Shown here: positions 20,622 through 33,050 of the stretch, piece by piece
Layout of the letters: every line of letters starts with the position of its first letter
How positions within the stretch are numbered: the stretch's first letter is position 1
NCBI GenBank assembly: GCA_963808235.1
Contig: CAWEEQ010000004.1
Span: forward strand, 704,001-768,000
DNA from: an uncultured delta proteobacterium
Lineage (GTDB): Bacteria; Desulfobacterota; Binatia; Binatales; Binataceae
Direction of reading: 5' to 3'
Length of the DNA: 64,000 nucleotides
Notes under the pieces: generated by a model
The model's input: only the letters and a program-made list of their open reading frames with translations
Told to the model about the DNA's origin: nothing
Databases searched by the model: none
Program-made: the position numbers and the translations under genes

Positions 20622-21629
20622 TCAGTATCCGAGCTTGGGATCGACCACGTTCAACAGCGGGCGATTCGAGGCGAATCGTTTCAGATTTTCGACGAACAGC
20701 TCGCACGCCTTGTCCATGTAGCCGCGATTCGCGCCCGAGATATGCGGCGTCAGGATCGCGTTCTCCAGCTCCCAGAGCGGACTCGACGATTCCAGCGGCT
20801 CGTGTTCGAAGACGTCGAGCCCGGCCCCGCCCAACTTGCCCGCCTTAAGCGCGGCGGCCATCGCATGCTCGTCGATGACCTGACCGCGCCCGATGTTCAC
20901 AATGTAGGCGCTCGCCTTCATCGCGCTGAGCTCGCGCACCCCGATAAATTTGTGCGTATGCTCGGTCAGCGGAAGGGTGACCGAAACGTAGTCGCTCTCG
21001 CGAAGAATCTCTTCGCGCTGATCGGGGCCGAAAAAACGCTCCGGGATTCTGCCCGCGGGATCGCCAAGGCCGGGCCGACACCACCCCGGATCGGTCCGCT
21101 CCGCCGGATTGCGCTTCAGTGCGAGCACCTTCATTCCGAATGCCTGGCCGAGCCGAGCCGTCTCGCGTCCGATCGATCCGTAACCGATGATTCCGAGCGT
21201 CTGCCCGCGAATTTCATCGACGCTCGCCATGAACTTGCCCGACCGCAGCCACTCACCCCGCATCTGCGCGCGAATCGCGAGATGAATCCTGTGCGCAAAC
21301 GAGAGCATCGATGCGAGCGTGTATTCCGCAATTGGGGTCGCATGGATCCCGCTGGCTGTGGTGACCGGAATCGTGCTGGTTTTGAGCGGCCCGGCCAGCG
21401 CATGGTCGGCGCCCGCGCTCAGGAGCTGAATCCAGCGCAGCCCGCGCGCGGTCTCGGTCACGTCATTGGGGATCCTGAAAGTGAGCAGCACGTCGCATCC
21501 GTCGCCGACGAGCGCGCTGACGTCCTCAGGCGTGCGACACTGTCGATCGACGATTTCAGCGCCCGCGACGGCGCCGGAGATTGCCGCGCGATGCGCCGGC
21601 TGTAATGCTACTGTCGAAATTATTTTCAT
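20622..21629 (-). CDS. D-2-hydroxyacid dehydrogenase
   Basis: GIIGYGSIG, LPLT, VNIGRG, LDVFEHEPL, TPHISG. Confidence 0.93.
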   Translation of the reverse strand: MKIISTVALQPAHRAAISGAVAGAEIVDRQCRTPEDVSALVGDGCDVLLTFRIPNDVTETARGLRWIQLLSAGADHALAGPLKTSTIPVTTASGIHATPIAEYTLASMLSFAHRIHLAIRAQMRGEWLRSGKFMASVDEIRGQTLGIIGYGSIGRETARLGQAFGMKVLALKRNPAERTDPGWCRPGLGDPAGRIPERFFGPDQREEILRESDYVSVTLPLTEHTHKFIGVRELSAMKASAYIVNIGRGQVIDEHAMAAALKAGKLGGAGLDVFEHEPLESSSPLWELENAILTPHISGANRGYMDKACELFVENLKRFASNRPLLNVVDPKLGY

Positions 21630-21759
21630 GATTGGCTTGATGCCAAAAAACTCTCGCACGCCGTAACCCCGCCTTCAAGGAGAAATCCACGGCTTGAGGT
21701 GATCGCTCACCGGGCTTATGATTCGAACAGGCCGGCGCAAGAGTGGCTGGCGCAATAAA

Positions 21760-22599
21760 ATGAAGTTGCGGAAAATTCTCACCCTGAGCTCGGCTGCGGC
21801 CCTCACGATAGCTCTGTCTCATTTTGCAGTTGCTCAGCAGAACCCCCAGCAAACCAATGGTTCTTCGGGCGCGCAGACGGGCTCCCAGAGCGGTGAAGAT
21901 TCAACCAGTCCCGGTATGGCGGGGCAGGGCGGCAGTGACGACACGACGCTCGAAATAGCGCCGCAACCCGGCGCGCGGGCACCGAAACCCAGCGTCGAAG
22001 AAGTGCCAACCGATCGCAATTTTCGTCCCGGCGAAGACAGCGCCGACGTCGAACCCAGCTTTCGTCCCAAAACCGAGAACGATACCGGCAATATCGACAG
22101 TAACGACAGTAACGGTAGTAGTCAGGGCGAGAATTTCCGACCGCGGCAGCGGCCCTACCTGGGGATCACCGTGCAATACACGACTCAGTGCTACCTCGGC
22201 GGGGAGGAGCATGGGCTCGAAGTGATGACTATCGATCCCAACAGCCCGGCCGCCCAAGCCGGACTGCAGCCGCGCTCTGACTTGACCGCGATCGGCGCCG
22301 CGGTCAGCACGCTCAGCGGAATACTCCCGGGCGGCTCGATCATCGCCAGTTCGGCGCTCGGGCGAACCGGAGCGATGGGACACGGCGGCGACTTGATCGT
22401 CGCTGTCGACGATCGGCGCATCCGCGACCAGAATGATCTGCAAACCGCGATGGCGCGGCTCAAGCCGGGCGACACGATGTACCTGACCGTGATACGGCCG
22501 GACGGCAACTCGCATAAGACGATCAAAATCGCGGTAAAAGTCGGCGCGCTCAACGAGCCGATTGCCAACGCGGCCCCAGCAAACAGCTTCGCCCACTAG
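21760..22599 (+). CDS. Secreted PDZ-domain protein (paralog 1)
   Basis: Signal peptide, low-complexity linker, PYLGITV..PNSPAAQAGL..GDLIVAVD..LKPGD. Confidence 0.8.
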   Translation: MKLRKILTLSSAAALTIALSHFAVAQQNPQQTNGSSGAQTGSQSGEDSTSPGMAGQGGSDDTTLEIAPQPGARAPKPSVEEVPTDRNFRPGEDSADVEPSFRPKTENDTGNIDSNDSNGSSQGENFRPRQRPYLGITVQYTTQCYLGGEEHGLEVMTIDPNSPAAQAGLQPRSDLTAIGAAVSTLSGILPGGSIIASSALGRTGAMGHGGDLIVAVDDRRIRDQNDLQTAMARLKPGDTMYLTVIRPDGNSHKTIKIAVKVGALNEPIANAAPANSFAH

Positions 22600-22647
22600 A
22601 TCGCGCCTGCTCGATCCGTCCGGGCGGTTCGTTCACAACTTCCTTTT

Positions 22648-22671
22648 TGACCTCACGCCGGGGTCATTTTT
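22648..22671 (+). terminator. Possible intrinsic terminator (overlaps a possible TTGACC..TATTCT promoter)
   Basis: TGACCTC-acgcc-GGGGTCA followed by T5. Confidence 0.4.
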
Positions 22672-22744
22672 ATTCTTGAGACTTCCGTGGATCGGGCCTA
22701 CGATGGCGCAAGGCGCGCAAAGATGCGCATGGGGGTGATTGGTT

Positions 22745-23653
22745 ATGCGTCATCCGGCATTCCTGGCGAAATTCCTCGTCGCAAAATTCCTTATCGGCAG
22801 TTCGCTCGCAGTCTGCTTTCTCGTCGCCTGCGAATCTTTTGCGGCCGACACTTCGGAACCTACGGCCGCGCCGGCCTTCGCGTCGCAAACGGAGGGCACG
22901 GGAGTTTCACAAGCGCCTGCCCGGCAGCCGGGTGACTCGGCGCCCACTCTCGAGCTCGCGCCGCAACCGTCGACTGGAAATAATTCTCCGACGGGTAGCG
23001 ACAACCCGGAACAACGCGCATTTCGCAAATCGTCGGAGGATGTCGCCGCGTTGAATCGCAATTTTCATCCGGACGATTCCGAACACGCACACAATCCCTA
23101 CCTCGGCATCAGCGTCGAATATTCCACCCAATGCTTTCTCGGGATGGAAGAACACGGATTCGAGGTGATGAACGTGTATCCGGGCAGTCCTGCTGAACGC
23201 GCCGGCTTGCACGCGAGGACCTCGAGCACGCCGATGGGCGATCTCAAGGCGCTCGGAAGCATTCTGTTGCTGCCTGTATCTGTGATCACGATGCCGCTAT
23301 TGAGACGCTCGGGAGAGCTCGGCGAGCCGGGCGACCTTATCGTCGCGGTCGACGACAAACGCGTACGCAGCAAGGGTGAATTCCTCACTGCGCTCGGCCA
23401 TCTCAAACCCGGCGACACGACTTACATCACGGTTATTCGGCCGATTCCCGGCGGATCGCATCGCACGATGCGCATCGCGCTGCACATCGATCGCGAGGTC
23501 GACGCTTCGGGCAATCCGTATCCTCCTTCGAGCACGGAATGCAGGGTGAATCATAAATGTCGTCCGGAATTTGACCCGATGTTGCGCAAGCCCTTCGACG
23601 CGCCGGCAAGTGACGACCCCCATTCGCTCGGCACTGAAAGTGCGGTGAACTGA
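22745..23653 (+). CDS. Secreted PDZ-domain protein (paralog 2)
   Basis: Signal peptide; PYLGISV..PGSPAERAGL..GDLIVAVD..LKPGD; aligns by eye with upstream gene. Confidence 0.8.
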   Translation: MRHPAFLAKFLVAKFLIGSSLAVCFLVACESFAADTSEPTAAPAFASQTEGTGVSQAPARQPGDSAPTLELAPQPSTGNNSPTGSDNPEQRAFRKSSEDVAALNRNFHPDDSEHAHNPYLGISVEYSTQCFLGMEEHGFEVMNVYPGSPAERAGLHARTSSTPMGDLKALGSILLLPVSVITMPLLRRSGELGEPGDLIVAVDDKRVRSKGEFLTALGHLKPGDTTYITVIRPIPGGSHRTMRIALHIDREVDASGNPYPPSSTECRVNHKCRPEFDPMLRKPFDAPASDDPHSLGTESAVN

Positions 23654-23795
23654 CAAAGCCGAATTGACCTCGTTTGGCTAAAGCGATCGCGTGTTCGCGG
23701 CGCGCTTTCTGCTATCATTTTCCGTGACGTCACCTGCATGCGCGCTCCTCGCGCGCATCGCCGGAAGGCGAATTTGCGTATTGGAATCGCGAGAT

Positions 23796-26700
23796 TTGGA
23801 TCGAAGCCTTAAAGAAGCCGCCGGCGAACTCGAAGCGCGCCTCGCTGCCAACAACGATCGACGCTTCCCGGTGATGGGTCTGCGCGGCGCGGCCGGTGCG
23901 CTGATGCTTCGTGAGATGGCGCTTCGTTTGCGCCGCCCGATCATCGCGATCGCTTCGCTTGCCGCCGAGGCCGAAGCGCTCGCAGGGGAAGCCGCGTTCT
24001 TTCTGTCCGAATCGCTCGACGCCGATGCTGCTACGCGCCGCGTGCATTTGCTCCGCTCATGGGAAGTCAAGCCGATGGCGCAATTGTCGCCGCCGACCGA
24101 CGCGCAGGCGTCGCAGCTCGCCGCGCTGTTCGCGATGCTTCGGAATGACTCGCCGCTCATCGTCACTTCGGCTGAAGCGCTCATGACGCGCACGATTCCG
24201 CGTCCGAGCTTCAATGAATCGATCATTACGGTAGCGATTGGCGACCGCCTCGATCTCGAGGTGCTGGTCGATGCGCTCTCGTCATGCGGATACCAGCGGG
24301 TGCCGCAGACCGAGGAACCCGGCGACTTCAGCGTGCGCGGTGGAATTGTTGACGCGTTCTCGCCGCTCTATCGCGATCCAATTCGCATCGAGCTCGAGGA
24401 CGATTTGATCACCTCGATTCGGCACTTCGACGCCCCGAGCCAGCGCTCAGCCCAGGAACTCACCGACGCGACCATCACGCGCACCCGTTACGTGCCGCCG
24501 TCGGCGTTGAAGGATCCGAAGCTTCGTGACTCGGTGGCTCTCAGAGCCGCCGAGATTGGAATGGTCCGCAAAGAGGCCGGCGAACTCGCCGAGACTCTGG
24601 AAAACGGCCTCTTGTTTCCCGGCGCGGAACTCCTGATGCCATACGTTTATGGCCGCGCGCTCGACAGCGTATTCGACTACGTGCCGGGCAACGCGATCCT
24701 GTGGCTAATCGATCCCGGCCGCATTCTGGCCGAGGCAAATCGATTTGCCGATACGGTCGCCAAAGAGACTGCGGCGGCGGCGCTCAAGCCGAGCTTCCAT
24801 CCCGAGCCCAACTCGCTTTTTCTCTCCGCCGACGCCTTCGAGCGCACGCTCGGCAATTTCACCGCCGTCGAAGTGGGCTCGCTGGTGACGATGACCGCGC
24901 CGCGCGAGGGATGGGCCACGCCCGTCGAAGTCAAATCGCAGGCAAGTCTGAAACTCGGCTCCAATCAATTGAGCGGTGCGCGGACCCCGCCAAGCTTCGA
25001 ACCGCTCGCGGCGGAACTGCGTGAAGTCCAACGCGGACAGGGCCGCTCGTTGATGATCGTTGAGGGAGCGCATCAGGTCGCGCGCCTGCGGCGCCATCTT
25101 GAAGCCTGGGACCTCGATGTGAATACCGAATGCAAGAGCTTCGGCGCGCTGCTCGAATGGCCCGACTTTCGACCGGCGATAATGGAAGGCGAGATTTCGG
25201 CGGGCGCCGTCTTGCAAGCTGACGGGCTTTACATTTACAGCGAAGAGGAAATTTTCGGTGAGCCGCGCGCGCATCGCCGCAAGCGCCCGACCGCCAAGGG
25301 CGTACTGCTCAATCTCGAAGAGCTGAAGCCCGACGATTTTATCGTGCACATCGACCACGGAATCGCGAGATACCGCGGACTCAAACATCTCAAGGTCTCC
25401 GACGCGGAAGGCGATTTCCTGAACCTCGAATACGCCGGCAACGACACCATGTACGTCCCCGTCGAGCGGATTAACCTGGTGCAACGCTATGTCGGCGGCG
25501 ACGATGCCGAACCAAAGCTCGACAAGCTCGGCAGCGGTGCGTGGGAAAAAGTAAAGCGCCGCACCCGCCAGGCCGTGCTCGCGATGGCGGGCGAGTTGCT
25601 CGAGATCTACGCCGCGCGCGAGGTGCTCGAGGGCCCCGCCTATCCTCGCCCCGGCGCCGACTACGAGGAATTCGCGGCGCGCTTCGAGTTCGACGAGACC
25701 CCCGACCAGCAATCCGCGATCGATGATGTCATCCGCGACCTGACTCGCGTCAAACCGATGGACCGGCTGATCTGCGGCGACGCCGGCTTCGGAAAAACCG
25801 AGGTCGCACTGCGCGCCGCCTACGTTGCGGTCATGAACGGCCGCCAGGTCGCGGTGCTGGTGCCGACCACGATTCTCGCCGAACAGCACTGGAATACTTT
25901 CCGAGAACGCTTCAAGGATTACCCGGTCCGGGTCGAGATGGTCTCGCGATTCCGCAGCCACAAGGAAAATCACGCCATCATCGAGGAAGCCTCGCGCGGC
26001 AAGGTCGATATCATCGTCGGCACCCATCGCCTGCTGTCGAGCGACGTCCAGTTTCCCCGTCTCGGCCTTCTCGTGATCGACGAGGAGCATCGTTTCGGCG
26101 TCGCGGACAAGGAACGAATCAAGAAACTCAAGAAGCTGGTCCCGGTGCTGACGATGACCGCAACGCCGATTCCGCGCACCCTGCACATGGCGATGCTCGG
26201 CATCCGCGACCTTTCGGTGATTCAGACTGCGCCGCCGGATCGCCAGATGATTCGCACCTTCGTTGCGCACTTCGACGACGCGACAATCCGCGATTCCATT
26301 CTGCGCGAGCTGAACCGCGGCGGGCAGGTCTTCTTCGTGCACAACCGCGTCGAGAATATCGACTACATGGCGAGCCACCTGCGCTCGCTGGTGCCCGAGG
26401 CGAAAATCGCAATCGCGCACGGCCAGATGAAGGAGCGGCAGCTCGAAGACGTGATGCGCGACTTTATCGAAAAGCGGGTCAACGTCCTGGTCTGCAGCGC
26501 GATAATTGAGTCCGGGCTAGACATTCCCAATGCCAATACGATGATCATCAACCGCGCCGATCATTTCGGCCTCGCGCAGCTCTATCAGTTGCGCGGCCGC
26601 GTCGGGCGCTCGCGGCAAAAGGCGTATGCATATCTTCTGATTCCCGGTGAACACATCATCACCCGCGACGCGAAGCGGCGAATCGACGCGCTCCGCGAGC

Positions 26701-27371
26701 TGGTCGAGTCCGAAAGCGGCGGAGGGTTCAAGCTCGCGATGGCCGACCTCGAGCATCGCGGCGCCGGCAATCTGCTTGGGCATGAGCAGCATGGAGAGAT
26801 CGCCGCGGTCGGTTTCGAGCTCTATACCGAGATGATGGAAGAGGCGATAGCGGAGCTGCGCGGGCAGCCGGTTCGCCCCGACTTCGAGCCCGAGCTCAGG
26901 ATCAGCGTCCCCGCGTACATTCCCGAGGCCTACGTTTCCGACGAGAATGAGCGCCTGGTGCTCTATCGCCGGCTCGCGCGTGCGCAGAACGAAGCGGACC
27001 TCGGTGAGCTTCGCGACGAGATTCGCGACCGCTTCGGCCCGGTGCCGACGTTGATCGAAAACCTGATCGCCGCGATGAACGTCCGCCGCCAGATGAAACA
27101 GCTCATGATCCTGAGCGCGATACTGAAGGGATCGCAGCTCGAAATCCGGTTCCATCCGGACGCGCCGGTGGAAACCGCCAAGCTCGTGAAACTGGCGGAT
27201 CAGAATCGGCGCACGATGCGCTTGACGCCTTCGTACCAGATGATCGCGCAAATCGAGCCTGGCGATTACGTGCAACTGTTCGCCCAACTCGACGCCGTCT
27301 TGCAGGCGTTGGCGGGCTGTGAAAAGTTGGACAATTGGCAGGCCGCGAAAGTCGGGCCGGTCATCAACTAG
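23796..27371 (+). CDS. mfd: Transcription-repair coupling factor
   Basis: [59 protein letters not shown]; start approximate. Confidence 0.97.
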   Translation: MDRSLKEAAGELEARLAANNDRRFPVMGLRGAAGALMLREMALRLRRPIIAIASLAAEAEALAGEAAFFLSESLDADAATRRVHLLRSWEVKPMAQLSPPTDAQASQLAALFAMLRNDSPLIVTSAEALMTRTIPRPSFNESIITVAIGDRLDLEVLVDALSSCGYQRVPQTEEPGDFSVRGGIVDAFSPLYRDPIRIELEDDLITSIRHFDAPSQRSAQELTDATITRTRYVPPSALKDPKLRDSVALRAAEIGMVRKEAGELAETLENGLLFPGAELLMPYVYGRALDSVFDYVPGNAILWLIDPGRILAEANRFADTVAKETAAAALKPSFHPEPNSLFLSADAFERTLGNFTAVEVGSLVTMTAPREGWATPVEVKSQASLKLGSNQLSGARTPPSFEPLAAELREVQRGQGRSLMIVEGAHQVARLRRHLEAWDLDVNTECKSFGALLEWPDFRPAIMEGEISAGAVLQADGLYIYSEEEIFGEPRAHRRKRPTAKGVLLNLEELKPDDFIVHIDHGIARYRGLKHLKVSDAEGDFLNLEYAGNDTMYVPVERINLVQRYVGGDDAEPKLDKLGSGAWEKVKRRTRQAVLAMAGELLEIYAAREVLEGPAYPRPGADYEEFAARFEFDETPDQQSAIDDVIRDLTRVKPMDRLICGDAGFGKTEVALRAAYVAVMNGRQVAVLVPTTILAEQHWNTFRERFKDYPVRVEMVSRFRSHKENHAIIEEASRGKVDIIVGTHRLLSSDVQFPRLGLLVIDEEHRFGVADKERIKKLKKLVPVLTMTATPIPRTLHMAMLGIRDLSVIQTAPPDRQMIRTFVAHFDDATIRDSILRELNRGGQVFFVHNRVENIDYMASHLRSLVPEAKIAIAHGQMKERQLEDVMRDFIEKRVNVLVCSAIIESGLDIPNANTMIINRADHFGLAQLYQLRGRVGRSRQKAYAYLLIPGEHIITRDAKRRIDALRELVESESGGGFKLAMADLEHRGAGNLLGHEQHGEIAAVGFELYTEMMEEAIAELRGQPVRPDFEPELRISVPAYIPEAYVSDENERLVLYRRLARAQNEADLGELRDEIRDRFGPVPTLIENLIAAMNVRRQMKQLMILSAILKGSQLEIRFHPDAPVETAKLVKLADQNRRTMRLTPSYQMIAQIEPGDYVQLFAQLDAVLQALAGCEKLDNWQAAKVGPVIN

Positions 27372-27375
27372 ACTG

Positions 27376-28591
27376 ATGCAGAACCGAAAATTGTTGGCTC
27401 GGCCGCCTGCGCGCGGCGCGATCGCGACCGCGTTGGCGGCGTCGTTGGCGACTGCCCTGATATGCGCGGGTTCGGGTTGCTCGGTCGATTTCCTCAAACC
27501 CGAATCGTTCGATTTTATCAAACAAGCCATGGCTGCGCCTCCGTCGGAAGCACCGACGGCATCGCCGTCGCCTGGAGCGGCCAACCCCACTCGGGCTCCG
27601 AAGACTGCTGAGGTCCCGGTTGCCGAGGCGGAGAAGAACGACCCGCCGCCAGCGCCCTACGTGTCACCGGTGGCCGTGCAAGAGTCGCCGGAATCCACCG
27701 CGCCGCCGATCGATCGCGTGGTAGCGAGCGTCGACGGCGAGCCGATCACGATGCGCGAGGTAAAAGATTTCGCCGCGCAACACGGCCGGCCGATCGATAC
27801 GGATGACTTCGCTTCCTCGCAAACGGCCAAGGATTCCGTGAAGGCGCTGATCGGAGAGAAATTGCTCGAGCAAGAAGTGAAAAAGTACGAGGATAAAGTC
27901 GACGAGGGGCAGGTCGACAAGTACATTCAGGAATTGCGCCAGGACAAACATCTGACCGACGAGCAATTCCGCCAGCAACTACAGGCCTCGGGAATGACCT
28001 ACGACGAATTGCGCAAGCGCGCGCGCCTCGACCTCGAAAAAGCGATGATGATCCAGCAAGAGGTGCGCGAGAAAATCGACGTACCCGACGCGGATGTCCA
28101 AGCCTTCTACGATTCGCACAAAGATGACTTCACGGTCGCCAAGGAGCGTCTCAAGCTCGCGCAGATTCTGATCGCGCTGCCACCCAACGCGTCTCCGCAG
28201 CAGGTCGCCGAGGCGCAAAAGAAGGTTGAGCTGGTTCGCGCGCGCATCGCCAAGGGCGAGGACTTCAACGATCTCGCGCGGAAATATTCGGACGACGACT
28301 CAAAGTCAAACGGCGGTGAACTCGGATGGTTCGAGCCGTCGGAACGTCATGGACCAGATCCTCGCCGGCGTGAAACCGCTAAAGCCCGGGCAGGTATCCC
28401 CAACCATTCGCACCAGCCACGGCTTTCATATCGTCAAGCTGGAGGATCATGAGGTACCCGGCCTCCGGCCGCTCAATGAGGTCAAGCCGCAGATTCGCAA
28501 CGCGCTTATCGATCAGCAGTCGAGCACCCAGCTCGAGACCTGGATCGAATCCGATCTGGTCAAACAACACTACGTCGAGACTATGTATTAG
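27376..28591 (+). pseudogene. surA: SurA-like peptidyl-prolyl isomerase; frameshift at 28343-28344 (probable assembly error)
   Basis: DRVVASVDGEPIT, LAQIL, FNDLARKYSDD..GGELGW, then SPTIRTSHGFHIVKL in another frame; removing one A gives ..PSDVMDQIL.. Confidence 0.8.
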
Positions 28592-29638
28592 ATGGCGATG
28601 GGTTTGCGGCGAAAGACGCCACCGCGGTTGGCAATCAGCATGGGCGATCCGGCTGGCGTTGGCCCGGAGGTGATCCTCAAGGCGGTGGCCGCGCTCTCGA
28701 GCCGTCGCTCCGCTCCGTCGATCGTTGTGATCGGCGACCTGGACGCGATGCGTGCCGCTGCAGCGCGGCTTGGGAGCGTCCCGCCACCGTGCGAATGGCG
28801 TCCCGGTCAGACGCCGATTCGTTCGGGCGCTGGACTCGGTGTATTTCCCGCCTCGAAGCTATCCGCGCGCGCGATTCGTCCGGCGCATCCGTCGGTAGAG
28901 GGCGCGGGCGCCGCGTACGATTACGTACTTACTGGGGCGCGGATGGCGATGCGTGGCGAAGTTGACGCGCTCGTGACCGCGCCGATCAACAAGCATTGGA
29001 TGAACCGCGCGGGGCACAATTTTCCCGGCCATTCCGAGTTGCTCGCGCATCTCGCGCGCACCCGTCTGTGGCGGATGATGCTCACGGGCGGTGAGTTGAC
29101 AGTGGCGCTCGTCACCGTGCACATGAGCCTCGCCAAGGTGCCCGCGGCGCTGACGCAGGGCAACGTGCTGGACACGATTCGCCTGCTGGCCGCGCACTTG
29201 CGTGCAATCGGCATCGCACGTCCGCGAGTCGGAGTGCTCGGCCTCAATCCGCACGCGGGTGAGGGCGGGATGTTCGGCGACGAGGAAGCTCGCGTGATTG
29301 CGCCGGCCATTCGGCGCGCTCAGCGCGGTGGCATCGACGCGTATGGCCCGCTTGCGCCTGACACCGCTTTCATCCGGCCGGCGGGGAATTTCAATTTCGA
29401 CGCCGCCGTCGCGATGTATCACGATCAGGGCTTGATCGCGCTCAAGACTTTGGAGTTTGATCGCGCGGTAAACGTGACGCTCGGCTTGCCGTTCACCCGG
29501 ACTTCGCCGGACCACGGGACCGCCTTCGATATAGCGGGGCGCGGAACCGCGAATCCATCGAGCATGATTGCCGCGATTGAATATGCATCGCGGGCCGTGG
29601 CGGGACGCGAAAGGGCGGCGGGGCGCGCGGCTGCGTAA
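28592..29638 (+). CDS. pdxA: 4-hydroxythreonine-4-phosphate dehydrogenase
   Basis: [49 protein letters not shown]. Confidence 0.96.
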   Translation: MAMGLRRKTPPRLAISMGDPAGVGPEVILKAVAALSSRRSAPSIVVIGDLDAMRAAAARLGSVPPPCEWRPGQTPIRSGAGLGVFPASKLSARAIRPAHPSVEGAGAAYDYVLTGARMAMRGEVDALVTAPINKHWMNRAGHNFPGHSELLAHLARTRLWRMMLTGGELTVALVTVHMSLAKVPAALTQGNVLDTIRLLAAHLRAIGIARPRVGVLGLNPHAGEGGMFGDEEARVIAPAIRRAQRGGIDAYGPLAPDTAFIRPAGNFNFDAAVAMYHDQGLIALKTLEFDRAVNVTLGLPFTRTSPDHGTAFDIAGRGTANPSSMIAAIEYASRAVAGRERAAGRAAA

Positions 29639-29644
29639 GTAACA

Positions 29645-32479
29645 ATGGCCGATCGAATCGTCATCAAGGGCGCTCGCGAGCACAATCTCAAGAACATCGA
29701 TCTTGAGATTCCGCGCGATCGCCTGGTCGTGATCACCGGACTTTCAGGTTCGGGAAAATCGTCGCTCGCTTTCGACACCATCTATGCCGAGGGCCAGCGC
29801 CGCTACGTCGAATCATTGTCCGCGTATGCGCGCCAGTTCCTCGAGCAGATGGAGAAGCCCGACGTCGATTCTATTGAGGGCCTTTCGCCGGCGATCTCGA
29901 TCGAACAGAAGACCTCGTCGCGCAATCCGCGTTCGACCGTCGGCACGATCACCGAGATCTACGATTATCTGCGCCTGCTCTTCGCGCGCGTCGGCCATGC
30001 GTTCTGTTACAACTGCGGGCGCGAGATATCGCAGCAGAGTGTCCAGCAGATCGTCGATCGAATCATGGGATGGCCCGACGGCGCGCGTATCCACGTGCTT
30101 GCGCCGATCGTGCGCGATCGCAAGGGCGAGTACCGCAAGGAATTGTCCGAGATGAAGCGGGCCGGCTTCGTGCGGGTGAAAATCGACGGCAAGCTTTACG
30201 AACTTGGCGAGGAGCCCGCGCTCAACAAAAATCAGCGCCACACGATCGAAGTGATGGTCGATCGGCTTGCGATTCGAAAAGGAATTCAGAAACGCCTCTC
30301 GGATTCGCTCGAAGTCGCGTTCAAATACGGCCAGGACCTGCTCAAGGTCGAGCGCCTTGACGGTCCCAAAAACGAAAGCGAGATCTACTTCAGCCAGCGG
30401 TTCGCATGCGTCGATTGCGGAATCTCGTATCCCGAGATCACGCCGCGCATGTTCTCGTTCAACAGCCCCCACGGCGCCTGCGTCGAATGCTCGGGAATAG
30501 GATCGATTATGTATTTCGATCCCGAGTTGGTGGTGCAGAACGAGGACTTGAGCATCTCCGACGGCGCGATCGCGCCCTGGGCAACCATCAACTACATACA
30601 GCCGGTTCTCGACGCACTCGCGGCGCACTACAAGTTCAGCCTCGACCAGGCATGGAAAACGATTGCGTCCAAGACTCGCAAGGCCATCATGAACGGCTCC
30701 GGCGACGAGGAAATCGAGTTCATCTATCAGCGCGGGCATCATCGCGCAGAGTATTCGAAGTCGTTCGAGGGCGTTCTGCAATGGCTCGATCGCCGCTACA
30801 AGGAAACCGAGTCCGAAGGCGTTCGCGAATTTCTCGAATCGTACATGAACATGCGGCCGTGCCCGTCGTGCAAGGGCGCGCGACTCAAGAAAGAAAGCCT
30901 GTTCGTGCGGTTCAACCTGAAGTCGGTGTCGGAAGTGACTGCGATGTCGATAAAGCAGGCGCTCGCGTTTTTCGAGGCGCCGAAGCTGAGCAACCAGGAA
31001 GCCGAGATCGCGCGCCTCATCCTCAAGGAAATTCGCGAGCGGCTGAAATTCCTGGCCGATGTGGGCCTCGAGTACCTTACGCTCGATCGCACTTCGGGCA
31101 GCCTCTCAGGCGGCGAGGGCCAGCGGATTCGCCTCGCCACGCAAATCGGCTCGAGCCTGGTCGGCGTTCTCTACATTCTTGACGAGCCTTCGATCGGACT
31201 TCATCAACGCGACAATCAGCGCCTGCTCGCGACATTGAAGCGGCTCAAGGACCTCGGCAACACGGTGCTGGTCGTCGAGCACGATCGCGAGACGATGCTG
31301 GAGGCGGACCATCTGATCGACATGGGCCCCGGCGCCGGAATTCACGGCGGGTACATCGTCGCGCAAGGCACGCCCGATGAGGTGATGCGAGATCAGAGCT
31401 CGCTCACCGGAAAATATCTGTCCGGTGAAGTTGAGATATCGGTGCCGAGCCGGCGGCGAAAACTTTCCGGCCGATGGCTGACGGTAAAGGGCGCGCACGA
31501 AAACAATCTCCGCGATCTCACCGTCGCGATTCCGCTCGGCGTCTTCTCATGCATCACCGGCGTTTCGGGTTCTGGTAAATCGACGCTCGTGCTCGACACG
31601 GTTTTTCGCGCGCTATCGCAAAAGCTGAATCACAGCCGGGAACGCGCCGGCGCCTACAAGACTCTCGAGGGCGTCGAACATCTCGACAAGGTCATCCACG
31701 TCGATCAGAGTCCCATCGGCCGCACTCCGCGCTCGAATCCCGCAACCTACACCGGCCTGTTCACCCACATCCGCGAACTGTTTGCGCAACTGCCAGAAGC
31801 GCGGATGCGCGGCTACGGCCCCGGCCGTTTTTCCTTTAACGTCAAAGGCGGCCGATGCGAGGCGTGCGAAGGCGACGGAATCATTCGAATCGAGATGCAC
31901 TTTCTGCCCGACGTTTACGTGACCTGCGAAGTATGCGGCGGCAAGCGCTACAATCGCGACACGCTGGAGATTCAGTACAAGGGAAAGAACATCGCCGAAG
32001 TTCTGAACATGACCGTGCTCGACGCGGTCGAGTTTCTCGGTTCGGTTCCGCCGATTCGGCAGAAGCTCGAGACGCTGCGCGACGTCGGCCTCGACTACAT
32101 CCACCTCGGACAATCGGCGACCACTCTGTCGGGCGGCGAGGCGCAACGAATCAAGCTCGCCAAGGAACTCGCGCGGCGCGCGACCGGCCGCACATTTTAC
32201 ATTCTCGACGAGCCCACCACCGGCCTGCACTTCGACGACATCAAACGCCTGCTCGGCGTGCTGGGACGCCTCGCCGACGCTGGCAACACGATCGTCGTGA
32301 TCGAGCACAACCTAGACGTGATCAAGACCGCCGACTACGTGATCGACCTTGGTCCCGAAGGCGGAGACCGCGGCGGCCAGGTGGTCGCGAAGGGATCGCC
32401 GGAGGAAGTCGCCGGCATCAAGGGTTCGTACACCGCGCAATTTCTCCGCCAAGTCCTGAATCACCGCGCCGCCGCGTAA
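29645..32479 (+). CDS. uvrA: Excinuclease ABC subunit A
   Basis: GAREHNLKN, two ABC modules ([21 protein letters not shown]), zinc fingers. Confidence 0.98.
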   Translation: MADRIVIKGAREHNLKNIDLEIPRDRLVVITGLSGSGKSSLAFDTIYAEGQRRYVESLSAYARQFLEQMEKPDVDSIEGLSPAISIEQKTSSRNPRSTVGTITEIYDYLRLLFARVGHAFCYNCGREISQQSVQQIVDRIMGWPDGARIHVLAPIVRDRKGEYRKELSEMKRAGFVRVKIDGKLYELGEEPALNKNQRHTIEVMVDRLAIRKGIQKRLSDSLEVAFKYGQDLLKVERLDGPKNESEIYFSQRFACVDCGISYPEITPRMFSFNSPHGACVECSGIGSIMYFDPELVVQNEDLSISDGAIAPWATINYIQPVLDALAAHYKFSLDQAWKTIASKTRKAIMNGSGDEEIEFIYQRGHHRAEYSKSFEGVLQWLDRRYKETESEGVREFLESYMNMRPCPSCKGARLKKESLFVRFNLKSVSEVTAMSIKQALAFFEAPKLSNQEAEIARLILKEIRERLKFLADVGLEYLTLDRTSGSLSGGEGQRIRLATQIGSSLVGVLYILDEPSIGLHQRDNQRLLATLKRLKDLGNTVLVVEHDRETMLEADHLIDMGPGAGIHGGYIVAQGTPDEVMRDQSSLTGKYLSGEVEISVPSRRRKLSGRWLTVKGAHENNLRDLTVAIPLGVFSCITGVSGSGKSTLVLDTVFRALSQKLNHSRERAGAYKTLEGVEHLDKVIHVDQSPIGRTPRSNPATYTGLFTHIRELFAQLPEARMRGYGPGRFSFNVKGGRCEACEGDGIIRIEMHFLPDVYVTCEVCGGKRYNRDTLEIQYKGKNIAEVLNMTVLDAVEFLGSVPPIRQKLETLRDVGLDYIHLGQSATTLSGGEAQRIKLAKELARRATGRTFYILDEPTTGLHFDDIKRLLGVLGRLADAGNTIVVIEHNLDVIKTADYVIDLGPEGGDRGGQVVAKGSPEEVAGIKGSYTAQFLRQVLNHRAAA

Positions 32480-32490
32480 CGCGTCGCATC

Positions 32491-33039
32491 TCAAGAGTCC
32501 TTTTCTGCCGCGCCATCGTACACGATCCACCCATCGACGACTCGCGCGAACGGTGCGATCACGTGAGGCTTCAATTTCCCGTCCGGCATGATGTGTTCGA
32601 CGTTCCATCCGCGTACCGTGAGATAGTCCGAGATAATTCGCCGATGGCATCGCCACCAAAGCCCTTCCGAGCACATGTACGCGGCACGTGAGCTCGCGGC
32701 GGCTTCGATCAGTTCGCCAAGCCCCGACTCAAAATCCGCACTCTCCGTGTAGTCAGCGTACGATCGGAACGCCGGATGCTCCCACGCGGTGTGCGGCGAA
32801 TCCGTCCGCTTCGAATGCCGTCGACCGCCCAGATTCTTCAGCCATCGGTACTCGATTCCGGCCAATTCGAGCGCGTCTGAAAGTTCCGCCTGGTTGAATT
32901 GCGGCCATCGCTTTGAGCTCGGGTACGATCTCACATCGGCGACGATCGCGATCCGATGCTCGCTCAGAAGCCCGAGGAAACGCTCGATCGGATGCGTCGA
33001 ATGGCCGATCGTGAAAATCAGCGGGGTGTCTTCTGCCGT
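32491..33039 (-). CDS. DUF488 family protein (start codon uncertain)
   Basis: IFTIGHSTH, ADVRSYP, LGGRR, MCSE..WRCHRRIISD; conserved N-terminus lies upstream of the first canonical start. Confidence 0.85.
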   Translation of the reverse strand, partial: TAEDTPLIFTIGHSTHPIERFLGLLSEHRIAIVADVRSYPSSKRWPQFNQAELSDALELAGIEYRWLKNLGGRRHSKRTDSPHTAWEHPAFRSYADYTESADFESGLGELIEAAASSRAAYMCSEGLWWRCHRRIISDYLTVRGWNVEHIMPDGKLKPHVIAPFARVVDGWIVYDGAAEKDS

Positions 33040-33050
33040 ACGGGTTTGTC

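Noticed and set aside
21732-22718. GGCGCAAG-containing GG-N10-GC motifs upstream of both PDZ genes
   Set aside because: The -12 elements lack TTGC; too weak in GC-rich DNA
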